Virus record (IMG/VR): IMGVR_UViG_3300021961_009334
Coordinates: 1 to 63,244 of that record
Strand: one strand, 5' to 3'
Source: a virus
Lineage: Duplodnaviria > Caudoviricetes
DNA length: 63,244 nucleotides
The notes below the pieces were generated by a model, which saw only the letters and a list, made by a program, of their open reading frames with translations, was not told where the DNA came from and did no database searches. Position numbers and translations under genes: made by a program. Every line of letters starts with the position of its first letter. Within the stretch, counting starts at the first letter, position 1. Shown here in pieces: positions 47,932 to 57,083 of the stretch.

Positions 47932-49859
47932 TTTAAATCAGTCCATACGCCATTCACATACCCGCGGAACTTGTGAGTGGATGAATTGTAGTACATCATG
48001 CCATTTACTCCTGCAGGATCGGAAGTATCTGTGTATAACACTGTGGCAGTACCAAAAAGAATGTTGCCTGTGCCTTGAGCAGAAATGTTTAAATCTTCGT
48101 TGGATGTTCCCGAAGTGATTGTGTCTGCAATCACAGAACCTTGAACTGTGTGATCGCCGAATGTGGTTGCTCCTGTTGAACTGGTGCCAAACTTTTTGGC
48201 ATTATCATAATACAGATCCACAGAACCATCTCTGTTACAATACACAGATGCTTCTGAGTTGAATGTTTGAATAAAAATATTATTAGTAGATTTCAGATAC
48301 AAATCGCCTGTGTTTGAATGTTGAACAAAACTGTTGTTTCCATCATTACTAATAGATAGATCACTGTTAGCACCAAACTTAGCAGATGTAGAACTGGTAT
48401 GCTGTGTGTTACTGTTAAACTGTATGACACCAGTACCATTGGCAGATACATCAAGATTTTGATTGGATGCATAAGAACTGATGGTGTCAGTAAACACAGA
48501 TCCTTGAGTTACAAAATCAGAAGTCATTGAAATATTGCCATTGACCTGTAGACTTTGACCTACTAGAATTTGTGCAGAATCATCAGACGTAATTTTGCTA
48601 GTAAAAATTTGATCAGACACATACAAGTTACCGCCGATGTTCATGTCGTCTATAATTTGAATAGCTGCAGAATCTTCTGATCGAATTACATTAGTATCTA
48701 TGGTATCTACCGCCAGTGTGCCTGAAATATTAACACTGTCGTTTATTTGTACCGCAGTCGAATCCGAAGATGAAATATTATTTGTAACAACATCTGCACC
48801 TGATTGATGATAGGTAGAAAGATTAGGACCTGTGATAGTAAGAGTATCACCAGTAATTGCAGCTGTTACGTTTTGTGTGCCCACAATGTTTAGTGTACCA
48901 CCGTTGTTAACAGTAGTTGTACTAGAACCAGAATCTCCAAAAATAATAGATGTTGAAGTAAGATATGATGATAGATCAGGACCTGTTATTGTTAATACAT
49001 CGCCGCTCACTGCGGTTGTAACATTCTGAGTGCCGGCAATTTTAAATATTTCGCCTATGTTTACACTTGTGCCAGTTGAATCATCGCCTACTAGAGTTAT
49101 AGCACTATCGGTGTTCTGTACATAATTTGTTAAATTCGGCCCTGTAATAGTAAGAGTATCTCCTGTGATGGCAGCTGTGAGATTTTGCGTACCTACAATG
49201 TTTAATGTACCACCATTGTTTATGGTAGTTGTGTTAGATCCAGAATCTCCAAAAATTATAGATGTAGAAGTAAGATATGACGATAGATCAGGTCCTGTGA
49301 TAGTAAGAGTGTCTCCAGCCACACTAGCTGTTACGTTTTGAGTACCTAATACATTTAAAGTGTCATCTAAACTTAAACTGATTTCGTTAGATGCATTATC
49401 GCCAATGGTTAATGTGTTGGCGCCACCAATCTGTGAATCCACATAAGCTTTGATTGATTGCTGTGTGGCCAGTGCTGTGTCTGAGTCTGAAGACATGGTG
49501 TCCTCATCAAGAATAGTATTAACAGATGATCCACCATCAAAAGTAAAACTGCCTGTTACAAGTAATCCATCGTCCACTGTGACAAAAGCAGAGTCATTTG
49601 ATTTAATTTTGTTTACATTAAAATCTGCATTGGCGTAGATAACACCGGTGCCATTGGGAGTAAAATTAATGTCTCCATTTGTCGTATCTGATATTAGAGC
49701 AGAACCAGAAAATGCCAGTGAAGATAATGTAGATCCATCATCGGTGAGTTCATTATAGAGTTCAGTAAAGTTATCATTTACTTTGTCAAATGCCTGTCTG
49801 ACTGTGTCAGCATTAGAATCGTTGACACTAGCTCCGATGTTAATAAATTTTTTTCCCAT
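47928..49859 (-). CDS. Tail fibre protein with internal tandem repeats
   Basis: Same N-terminal anchor; LATQQSIKAYVD; four ~50-aa GTQNVT..TGD.LTITGP.L repeats; C-terminal GMMYYNS...FRGY. Confidence 0.8.
   Translation of the reverse strand: MGKKFINIGASVNDSNADTVRQAFDKVNDNFTELYNELTDDGSTLSSLAFSGSALISDTTNGDINFTPNGTGVIYANADFNVNKIKSNDSAFVTVDDGLLVTGSFTFDGGSSVNTILDEDTMSSDSDTALATQQSIKAYVDSQIGGANTLTIGDNASNEISLSLDDTLNVLGTQNVTASVAGDTLTITGPDLSSYLTSTSIIFGDSGSNTTTINNGGTLNIVGTQNLTAAITGDTLTITGPNLTNYVQNTDSAITLVGDDSTGTSVNIGEIFKIAGTQNVTTAVSGDVLTITGPDLSSYLTSTSIIFGDSGSSTTTVNNGGTLNIVGTQNVTAAITGDTLTITGPNLSTYHQSGADVVTNNISSSDSTAVQINDSVNISGTLAVDTIDTNVIRSEDSAAIQIIDDMNIGGNLYVSDQIFTSKITSDDSAQILVGQSLQVNGNISMTSDFVTQGSVFTDTISSYASNQNLDVSANGTGVIQFNSNTQHTSSTSAKFGANSDLSISNDGNNSFVQHSNTGDLYLKSTNNIFIQTFNSEASVYCNRDGSVDLYYDNAKKFGTSSTGATTFGDHTVQGSVIADTITSGTSNEDLNISAQGTGNILFGTATVLYTDTSDPAGVNGMMYYNSSTHKFRGYVNGVWTDLN
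48820..49400 (-). repeat. About four tandem ~150-bp coding repeats
   Basis: Recurring gatagtaagagt..c, gatagatcagg and ccagaatctccaaaaat segments; boundaries approximate. Confidence 0.75.
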
Positions 49860-50260
49860 TAACCAGCACTCACTTTCAGCGTACCGCTATCATTCCATAA
49901 TTGGCCGGCATTATTAGGATTAGATGTTGGTAAATTTGAAAGCATTACCACAGCACCTTTTACAGTCAAACCATCTTCCACAGTAACCTGTGCAGAATCG
50001 TCCGACTTGATTGTATTCACCACAAGATCAGAACTGATCACCACATCGCCTGTGCCGTTGGGAGAAATGTTGATATCTGTATTGGTATAAGTGGATGATA
50101 TAGTATTGCCTGAAATATCAATTGATCTACCGGTAGAATCTTGACCAATCAAATCATAAAGTTCGTCAAAATTATTGTTAACCTTTTCCATGGCCGAGCG
50201 AAGTGTATCGCCCGTTCCTGTGTTCACACCGGTACCTACGTTGATTCTTTGTTTAGACAT
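49859..50260 (-). CDS. Short tail-fibre-like protein
   Basis: GTGDTLRSAMEKVNNNF anchor; LPTSNP..AGQLWND.GTLKVS end. Confidence 0.75.
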   Translation of the reverse strand: MSKQRINVGTGVNTGTGDTLRSAMEKVNNNFDELYDLIGQDSTGRSIDISGNTISSTYTNTDINISPNGTGDVVISSDLVVNTIKSDDSAQVTVEDGLTVKGAVVMLSNLPTSNPNNAGQLWNDSGTLKVSAG

Positions 50261-50272
50261 CTTGTAAACTAT

Positions 50273-50593
50273 TTATTTGACTGAGAACGAAGTGCCACAC
50301 CCACAAGAGGAATGGGCATTAGGGTTATTGTAGGTAAAGTATGAACCAAAGACTTCTTCCTTGTAGTCGATTTCTGTGCCCAAAACAAACAGTTCGCAGT
50401 TGGAATCCACCAACACAGTGATGTCACCAAACTGTAAAATTTGGTCTTTTTCTGTTTTATTTTCAGTTACATCGATTTTATAATTAAATCCAGCACAGCC
50501 ACCCCCTTTAACACCAAATCTAACATAAGGTTTGTTTTGTGCTTTTAATACTTCAAGCATCTTTTTTTGAGCTGATTCTGTTACTTTAATCAT
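50273..50593 (-). CDS. iscA: HesB/IscA-family Fe-S carrier
   Basis: GGGCAGFNY, NPNA..SCGCGTSF. Confidence 0.92.
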   Translation of the reverse strand: MIKVTESAQKKMLEVLKAQNKPYVRFGVKGGGCAGFNYKIDVTENKTEKDQILQFGDITVLVDSNCELFVLGTEIDYKEEVFGSYFTYNNPNAHSSCGCGTSFSVK

Positions 50594-50606
50594 ACTAATA
50601 TTTAAA

Positions 50607-51587
50607 TCAAATCTGTATCCATTTAGAGTGATTTAGAATTTTTTTAGTCCAAAGCCAGTGGGCAGTAATTTGTGGATGCCATTCACACAAAGGTACGTGA
50701 TCTAAAAAATTACAAAATTTTTCAATACAGTCTAACTGTTGATTTATTTCATTTTTAGTTGTATTTAGATTGATAATTTTGCTTGTCCATTTGTCCCACC
50801 ATTCAACTTCATTGCACAAAGGAAATGTTATGTTTTGATCAAACAATTTAGCAAGATATTCTACCCAACTTTGGGGAATTATGCTACGATTATTAGTGTT
50901 CATAATAGGATTAAAGTTCCTCCATATTAAAAAGTCTGCACTATATTGATTACAAAATCCTGAAATTAAATCTATCAACTGTTGTTCATATGTTGCAAAC
51001 CATTGTGTTAGAGATAATTTTTTTGTTTTATCGCCAAACATCCCCATGGTTGTACCCATGTAATTTTTATAGTATTCTGTGATGTTGTTCCATTTGGGGG
51101 AACTAAAACATCTGCCAGGAGATGTTATTTGAAACACAACTTTTATATTTTTATATTTTTTATGTAAAAAATGTAATACATCAGGCAAATGAAAAACTAA
51201 TTCAGTGTTATTGCATCCTGGTACTGCACATAGATATAGATCAGAACGTGTCAGTCTTGCACAGTGTCCTGCAAAAATATTATTCAATCTAAATGATAAA
51301 TTATCTTCCTTATCGATAGAATATACTTGAATGCCGCCATCGGCGTCATATAATCTGTCACCATAGGTCCAACTTTCTCCGATGACTACTATACATTGTT
51401 GCTGTTGTTTTGTAATCCATAGTTCAGTATTTTTTGCTGTTACACCAATTTCCAAATTGTGTTTGACACTGTGCATTTGATGTTTATCAATCCAATCAAA
51501 TGGCTGATTACTACGATAATCTATTTGGGTAAGTTCTAGTGGAGATGTCTTAAAATTTTCAACTAGATATCTAGTGTCTTGGATCAT
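50607..51587 (-). CDS. SGNH-like protein
   Basis: VIGESWTYGD, AVPGCNN, WHP...AH. Confidence 0.6.
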   Translation of the reverse strand: MIQDTRYLVENFKTSPLELTQIDYRSNQPFDWIDKHQMHSVKHNLEIGVTAKNTELWITKQQQQCIVVIGESWTYGDRLYDADGGIQVYSIDKEDNLSFRLNNIFAGHCARLTRSDLYLCAVPGCNNTELVFHLPDVLHFLHKKYKNIKVVFQITSPGRCFSSPKWNNITEYYKNYMGTTMGMFGDKTKKLSLTQWFATYEQQLIDLISGFCNQYSADFLIWRNFNPIMNTNNRSIIPQSWVEYLAKLFDQNITFPLCNEVEWWDKWTSKIINLNTTKNEINQQLDCIEKFCNFLDHVPLCEWHPQITAHWLWTKKILNHSKWIQI

Positions 51588-51883
51588 ATGCCTAGAGCAA
51601 GTCTAGTATCTTCAGGCATCATGTCAGGCCCAAATGGCGGATCGAAGGTTGTGATAATTTCAGCAACATCTATTCCATCTACTGATTCTGTAGCAAATTT
51701 GATATCTTCTACTATTTGATCAGCCACTGGACAAAAGGCCGAAGTTAAAGTATGAGTAATTTTTACTTTAGGAAGTTCTGTAATATCTATATTATAAATT
51801 AGTCCAAGATCATATACATTAATGTGTATTTCTGGGTCATAAACTTGTCTTAAGTTTTTGATAATTTCTTCTTCGATAGACAT
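51584..51883 (-). CDS. sufT: SufT/DUF59 Fe-S assembly protein
   Basis: VYDPEI..NVYDLGLIY, TLTSAFCP. Confidence 0.88.
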   Translation of the reverse strand: MSIEEEIIKNLRQVYDPEIHINVYDLGLIYNIDITELPKVKITHTLTSAFCPVADQIVEDIKFATESVDGIDVAEIITTFDPPFGPDMMPEDTRLALGI

Positions 51884-52401
51884 TATTGTAATCTCACTTG
51901 TTTTACTTCAGGTACTTTGACATGAACTTTATTAAACACAGCACCTAAAGTAGATTCGTGATTTGGACATCCCCAACAAGATCCTTGCATTTTAATTTCT
52001 ACTATGCCGTCTTTATATCTAATAAATCTAATATCGCCACCATCTAATTGTACTGATGGTCTGATTTCTTTTTCAATTATTTCCCTAACTGCACAACATA
52101 TTTCATCTGTACAATATGCATCTGTGTCACCTGATTCTATGTAAAAAAGTTCAGTTTCTAGAATTTTTTTGATCTTTGGTTTAATTTCTTCCCAGTCCCA
52201 TTGGGGGAACTTAGTAATAGTAATAAAATTTTCTTGCAATAATGCAAATCTTACTCCTGCTGTTCTGAATATTTTTTTGATAAAATCTCCACCATTAATA
52301 GCAAGGTCAATATCATACCAGATAGATCCAGAACCAACCAATGGCCTTAAAGCATAGAATTTTATTGCTTGTGGATTAGGAGTTGGTTCTGTTAAAATCA
52401 T
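51883..52401 (-). CDS. nfuA: Nfu/NifU-type Fe-S scaffold (N-domain plus CxxC domain)
   Basis: TPNP..IKF; IRP.VQ.DGGDI; GSCWGCP. Confidence 0.85.
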   Translation of the reverse strand: MILTEPTPNPQAIKFYALRPLVGSGSIWYDIDLAINGGDFIKKIFRTAGVRFALLQENFITITKFPQWDWEEIKPKIKKILETELFYIESGDTDAYCTDEICCAVREIIEKEIRPSVQLDGGDIRFIRYKDGIVEIKMQGSCWGCPNHESTLGAVFNKVHVKVPEVKQVRLQ

Positions 52402-53033
52402 TATGATTCTAAAAGTCTAGATTCAATAAACTTATAGTTTACCAGTTTGTTGATCCAATTTGTTAAGAATGCTTTTCTGTCATTTTTAAAATCTAAGTAA
52501 TAAGAATGTTCCCAAACATCACACGAAGCTAAGACTTCAACATCTTCGCCTACAGGATTGTTAGCATTAGAGTAAGATTTCCAAGTAACTTTTCCTTCTT
52601 CTAGTACAAGAAATACCCATCCAGATCCAAATTGGTCAACACCTTTTGCGATAAATGTTTCTTTAAATGAATCCAAAGACCCAAATGAATCTTCTATCTT
52701 AGATTGTAGTTCTGTAGATGGTTCTTCATATTTTGAAGTCATTGATTGCCAAAATATAATATGATTATAATTTTGTCCAGCATTATTAAAAATGCCATCG
52801 TTTGCATCACGAGAATCTACAATAATTTGTTTAAGACTTTTATTTTCGTACTCTGTTCCTTTAATATAATCATTCAATTTGTCGATATAAGTTTGATGAT
52901 GTTTACCATGATGCAGATCCAATGTGTCCCTGCTCATGTATGGTTCAAGGCTTGTTCTTGAATAGGGCAGTTCCATTAGGGTGAACTTGTCACCTTTTAC
53001 ATTGATATCATCTGCTACTTGATCTAATTTCAT
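52401..53033 (-). CDS. sodB: Fe/Mn superoxide dismutase (probably Fe)
   Basis: LPY...LEP, HHGKHH, NNAGQ..NH, FGSGW, DVWEHSYY. Confidence 0.93.
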   Translation of the reverse strand: MKLDQVADDINVKGDKFTLMELPYSRTSLEPYMSRDTLDLHHGKHHQTYIDKLNDYIKGTEYENKSLKQIIVDSRDANDGIFNNAGQNYNHIIFWQSMTSKYEEPSTELQSKIEDSFGSLDSFKETFIAKGVDQFGSGWVFLVLEEGKVTWKSYSNANNPVGEDVEVLASCDVWEHSYYLDFKNDRKAFLTNWINKLVNYKFIESRLLES

Positions 53034-53203
53034 TATTTTTTCTTGGGTCGTCCTCGACCTTTTGTAGTTTTCTTTGTTGTGATTTTTTTAGTTGTTGTTT
53101 TCTTTTTTGTTTTTGGTGCTTCTACTGTTGTAGATTGAGCGGTAGCAGCTGTTGATGCTGTAGGCTCTTTATGTCCACCAAATAACCATGTTAGTATTCC
53201 CAT
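53033..53203 (-). CDS. Small Lys/Thr-rich protein with AT-hook-like RGRP
   Basis: MGILTWLFGG...KKTTKGRGRPKKK; SD GAGGAG; TTGACA-N17-TATAAT at 53229-53257. Confidence 0.65.
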   Translation of the reverse strand: MGILTWLFGGHKEPTASTAATAQSTTVEAPKTKKKTTTKKITTKKTTKGRGRPKKK

Positions 53204-53257
53204 AATTAGGTCTCCTCTTTTTAACATTATTATACTTATTTTATGTGGTTTTGTCAA

Positions 53258-54289
53258 TCACCAAACAGGTGATCCCACAGACACCAATTGGTATTCTGTC
53301 GCCAGCAGTGTTGATGCAAGGTTTTTTGCCTTGGATTCGCATTGAATATCAAAGAATTCTCCAAATGGACGCACCCACTCATTGGTTTTATGATGCCAAT
53401 AAAAATCAGAGTGTGCTCGGATAGTTGCTTTGTTTTCACCATTGTCAAACAACCAATCTCTGTCCAGCAGTTTGTTTGCATCAACTTTGTCTTTTAGTAT
53501 TTCTCTTGGTTGTGAGTAATGCATTGCAGGACGTATGCCACGCCATGAATCTATGATGCGTTTGATTCTATCATCGGTATGAGTAATCCATTCGCCTGTG
53601 TTCACCCAATGATGATGGATGTCAAAAACCAGTGCCACGTGTTTTTCAAGTTCCAGTATATCAGACAGTCCCCATTTCATTTCTTCATTCTCTATGGTGA
53701 TACAATTTCTTGCTTCCGGTGAAAGACGTGGTAACACATCGATAATACCTTGTGGACCTCGTCTACCTGCAATATGCACATTAATTTTAAAGTCTTGAAA
53801 TGTTCGACCATATCCCATCCAACGAGCCATGTTTACATGATACTCAAACTCGTCAATTGAACGTTCAATCACATCATCTGACTCTGATGCTAACACTGTG
53901 AACTGTCCGGGATGAAAGGATAACCTAACTCCCAATTGCCTTGCTGTGTCGCCAACTTCAGCAAAATGTTTTTCAAGATAGGCAATTACATCTGTTTTCT
54001 GCCAAAAGTAACGCCACGTGGCTTCGGTTGCTACCGGAAGAATTGGTGAACTCAAACGACACATTCTTAATGGTTCAGGCAGTGCGCCTGTGTATTTGAT
54101 TAATTCATGTATTGACGAAATGTTGTGTTGCATGAGCATCCAAAGTTTTTCTTCTGCTTCATCTCGATGTTCGTTTAACCATCTCACAGTCGTTGCTTTA
54201 CAGTTTAAAGGAGACTCTGCTTCTTTCAACAATTTAGGTTTTAAACTACGATCTGAATGAAGGTATTTGCAACAGAAGCCTAGACGCAT
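53258..54289 (-). CDS. uvsE: UV DNA damage endonuclease
   Basis: RLGFCC, RLSS, SFHPGQF, IENEE, FDIHHH, HYS, AHSD. Confidence 0.92.
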   Translation of the reverse strand: MRLGFCCKYLHSDRSLKPKLLKEAESPLNCKATTVRWLNEHRDEAEEKLWMLMQHNISSIHELIKYTGALPEPLRMCRLSSPILPVATEATWRYFWQKTDVIAYLEKHFAEVGDTARQLGVRLSFHPGQFTVLASESDDVIERSIDEFEYHVNMARWMGYGRTFQDFKINVHIAGRRGPQGIIDVLPRLSPEARNCITIENEEMKWGLSDILELEKHVALVFDIHHHWVNTGEWITHTDDRIKRIIDSWRGIRPAMHYSQPREILKDKVDANKLLDRDWLFDNGENKATIRAHSDFYWHHKTNEWVRPFGEFFDIQCESKAKNLASTLLATEYQLVSVGSPVW

Positions 54290-54295
54290 ACATCT

Positions 54296-54323
54296 ATTAT
54301 AGTTGAAGTTAAGATTTTGTCAA
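54296..54323 (-). promoter_or_regulatory. Sigma70 consensus promoter TTGACA-N16-TATAAT, 6 nt before ATG
   Basis: Perfect hexamers upstream of uvsE. Confidence 0.8.
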
Positions 54324-55793
54324 CACATGAACACCATACTTGTTTGTCCAATCTTTGGCGTCTTGTTCGTTGTTGACCATGGGTTTGCCTTTGATGTTCA
54401 AAGAAGTATTCAATAACATAGGACATCCGGTCTTGGCGTACCATGCTTCTAACAGTGCTCTGAAACCCGGAGAATCGTTTTTACCCACAGTTTGTATGCG
54501 TGATGTATTGTCCACATGCACTATGGCAGGAAACTCTTCTGGACGTTTACACACCGCTGTATACTGCATATAAGGACTCTGTGTGCCTATTGTAGATGTG
54601 TCGAAGTAATCTGACACATATTCCTCCAATATGGCCGGAGCGAAAGGTCTGAACTCTTGTCTATGTTTGATTGCATTTACTGTGTCCTTGATGTCGGGTC
54701 CTCTTGGATCTGCCAGCAATGATCTATGACCTAATGCTCTAGGTCCAAATTCTGCCCGACCATTTGCAACTCCAACTATTTTTTGTGTTTCTAATTTATT
54801 AATTAATCCATTAACAGGATATTCACCTTGTATATCATAACCAAGATAAGGACCTGGCCATTCAATTCTACCTATTTCATCCAACACACAACCTATGGAA
54901 GATCCTGCATCTCCAGGATTAGGCACAATCCATACATTATTATAATATTTTTTTGCAATCGGATTGGCCACACAGTTTAGAGCACAGCCTCCAACCAAAA
55001 CAAGGTTGGCGGAAGGTTGTGTCATTTTGGCATGTTTGATGATGCGTTCAAAATTTTCTTCATACAGTGCTTGGGTAGTCGCCGCCAGATCACACAAATC
55101 TTGAATGGTGTTTGCTTCAGGCAACCATGTTTGACAACCTCTATGTAAATTGATATTATATTTGGTATCAAATCCTTCGTTATCATAAGCAAAGAAATTT
55201 CGTTTCATCTCGCCATAGTATTTGATTGGTGACCCCAATGCACTCATCCCCATAAGAATATATTCTTCTTCATTGGGTTTGAAATGTACTCGTTGTGTCA
55301 TAGCAGAATACCATAGTCCTATAGAGTGAGGATAATTTTGACTGTAGACTTTTTTTAATTTATTGTCATAACCTTGCCAAACTGTAAGACATTCCCATTC
55401 TCCTATAGAATCTATTACAACTACAGTTGCATCTTTGTAAACACTTGTAAAGTAACCAGCCGCCGCATGACTGCGGTGGTGTGAATGCATCTTAATAGGT
55501 ATGCCTTTGATATTGAAATCTGTTAGGTGAGATTTAATAGATGGTTTGTTGAACACCAAATCCCATTGTCCCGCCCATGCTTGTCTAGTTTTTTTAATCC
55601 AGTTATTTTCGTAAAAATGAATTTGTTTAGGATAACCAAATTTTAATGCATCATCAATTATTAATTGATTAAGCCATTTATCGTTTTTTATACCCGAATA
55701 TCTTTCCGCATGGCTGGCAAATACTAATTTTTGATCATCGAATACGGCAAGCGCCGCATCATGAGCCATTGCTGATATGCCCCACCTAATCAT
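54309..55793 (-). CDS. Carbamoyltransferase (NodU/CmcH family)
   Basis: HDAA, HHRSHAA, GGCALN, GRAEFGPRALG.RS, FRPFAP, LNTSLN. Confidence 0.93.
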   Translation of the reverse strand: MIRWGISAMAHDAALAVFDDQKLVFASHAERYSGIKNDKWLNQLIIDDALKFGYPKQIHFYENNWIKKTRQAWAGQWDLVFNKPSIKSHLTDFNIKGIPIKMHSHHRSHAAAGYFTSVYKDATVVVIDSIGEWECLTVWQGYDNKLKKVYSQNYPHSIGLWYSAMTQRVHFKPNEEEYILMGMSALGSPIKYYGEMKRNFFAYDNEGFDTKYNINLHRGCQTWLPEANTIQDLCDLAATTQALYEENFERIIKHAKMTQPSANLVLVGGCALNCVANPIAKKYYNNVWIVPNPGDAGSSIGCVLDEIGRIEWPGPYLGYDIQGEYPVNGLINKLETQKIVGVANGRAEFGPRALGHRSLLADPRGPDIKDTVNAIKHRQEFRPFAPAILEEYVSDYFDTSTIGTQSPYMQYTAVCKRPEEFPAIVHVDNTSRIQTVGKNDSPGFRALLEAWYAKTGCPMLLNTSLNIKGKPMVNNEQDAKDWTNKYGVHVLTKS

Positions 55794-55909
55794 TATTCGT
55801 ATATGAAAGGATCTCTTTTTCTAAGTTCTTTAATTTTTTTCCTAAAAGCAATTTCTTGTTTTATTTTGCGAATGGGCCAAAAAATAAAATTAATAATTTT
55901 TTTAATCAT
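55793..55909 (-). CDS. 38-aa basic peptide (not in ORF track)
   Basis: MIKKIINFIFWPIRKIKQEIAFRKKIKELRKRDPFIYE; overlaps the queD stop, TAATG-coupled to the carbamoyltransferase. Confidence 0.6.
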   Translation of the reverse strand: MIKKIINFIFWPIRKIKQEIAFRKKIKELRKRDPFIYE

Positions 55910-56354
55910 TACACTCGTATATAGCAGAATTATTTTCATGTTCCCAAATTTCTACCTTTTGTACTTTAACTCTACCATTAGTTTTTTTAAAAGTCCAGTC
56001 ATTGGCAAAATCGTACACAAATTTACAAGATGCCTCGATACCAGGCCCATATCCTTTTGTAACATCCATAATATTGATATTAATTACTCCAAGGTTGTGT
56101 AATTTTTTAATATCTTCTAGATTAGGATCATCAGATGCGATCAGTGTTCTGTGGTCCCATTGTTCTTCCAACCAATCTCTTACTTCGCCTAGAAATCCAA
56201 AATCCATTACCCATTGTCTGTGATCTAGATCTCCTGCAAATGTTATTTGCACATGTCTGCCATAACCATGAATAAATTTGCAATGACTGTCATCGCGCCA
56301 TTGTCTGTGTCCTGTACAGATAGGACCAAATCGTTTTGTTGAATAATATGCCAT
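55902..56354 (-). CDS. queD: 6-carboxytetrahydropterin synthase (QueD/PTPS)
   Basis: HRQW....HC..IHGY, WVMDFG, DH, WEHENNSA. Confidence 0.85.
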   Translation of the reverse strand: MAYYSTKRFGPICTGHRQWRDDSHCKFIHGYGRHVQITFAGDLDHRQWVMDFGFLGEVRDWLEEQWDHRTLIASDDPNLEDIKKLHNLGVININIMDVTKGYGPGIEASCKFVYDFANDWTFKKTNGRVKVQKVEIWEHENNSAIYECND

Positions 56355-56357
56355 GAG

Positions 56358-57083
56358 TTATTGTACTACAAAATCATACATTCGTATACGAAAATCTTTG
56401 GATTTCATTAATAAAATTTTTTCACCGAAGTCTTTTATTGCATAATGATCATTCATTTCAAAAGGTTTTTTTGAAGAAATAACAACTAAAATTTCATTAG
56501 GATTATCTTCTTTGAACATTTTTAAAGTATAGTTGGAATTTGGTATAATTAAATTTTCTAACTTTTGTTGTGGATCATATACATTAGGATAGATTTTAGT
56601 TGCAGTTGAATTTACTGCAAAAATACTAAAATATTGTTTGCTTTCAGCCGAGATCTTTAATTCCATATTGTCATTAGAATGGAACATGCCTTGTTTGTTC
56701 ATTATGACACTGAAATCATGATCATGGTCATATATTTTATCTAAAGGCATAACAAAGCCATCTACTTTTGCCAAACAAAATCTCTTTTCGTTCTCATAAA
56801 TTATCTCTGTGCTGTAAACTGATTTTTTGATAATGCCAGGAAAAGTAATCCATTTAAAACTATTGAGTTCGCAGTTGTCGTTAACACAAGATTTTAGGTC
56901 ATTTACTTGAATCACTACTCCTATTTCATCTTCTATCAATTGTTTGGTTGCTTTAAGTTTTGCAATTTCACAAGATTGATTTTCTGTGATGTCTGCACCG
57001 AAGTCGTGTATGCCAATGGCAGAGCCAGACCATGCTGACAGTGACCAAAGGCACACTACGATTGTGGTGGTAAATTTACTCAA
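56358..57083 (-). CDS. Secreted protein with DUF4384-like C-terminal domain
   Basis: Signal peptide, Cys pairs, IYPN...IP motif; start probably TTG 57083. Confidence 0.55.
   Translation of the reverse strand: MSKFTTTIVVCLWSLSAWSGSAIGIHDFGADITENQSCEIAKLKATKQLIEDEIGVVIQVNDLKSCVNDNCELNSFKWITFPGIIKKSVYSTEIIYENEKRFCLAKVDGFVMPLDKIYDHDHDFSVIMNKQGMFHSNDNMELKISAESKQYFSIFAVNSTATKIYPNVYDPQQKLENLIIPNSNYTLKMFKEDNPNEILVVISSKKPFEMNDHYAIKDFGEKILLMKSKDFRIRMYDFVVQ

Noticed and set aside
48820-49400. CRISPR array or DGR template/variable repeat
   Set aside because: Repeats are in-frame coding units with mostly synonymous differences; no spacers, no adenine-specific pattern, no reverse transcriptase
53254-53484. 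76-aa minus-strand ORF
   Set aside because: Alternative frame inside uvsE
50273-55793. Host chromosomal (non-phage) segment
   Set aside because: Metabolic genes are interleaved with virion genes and share the same promoter motifs and tight packing
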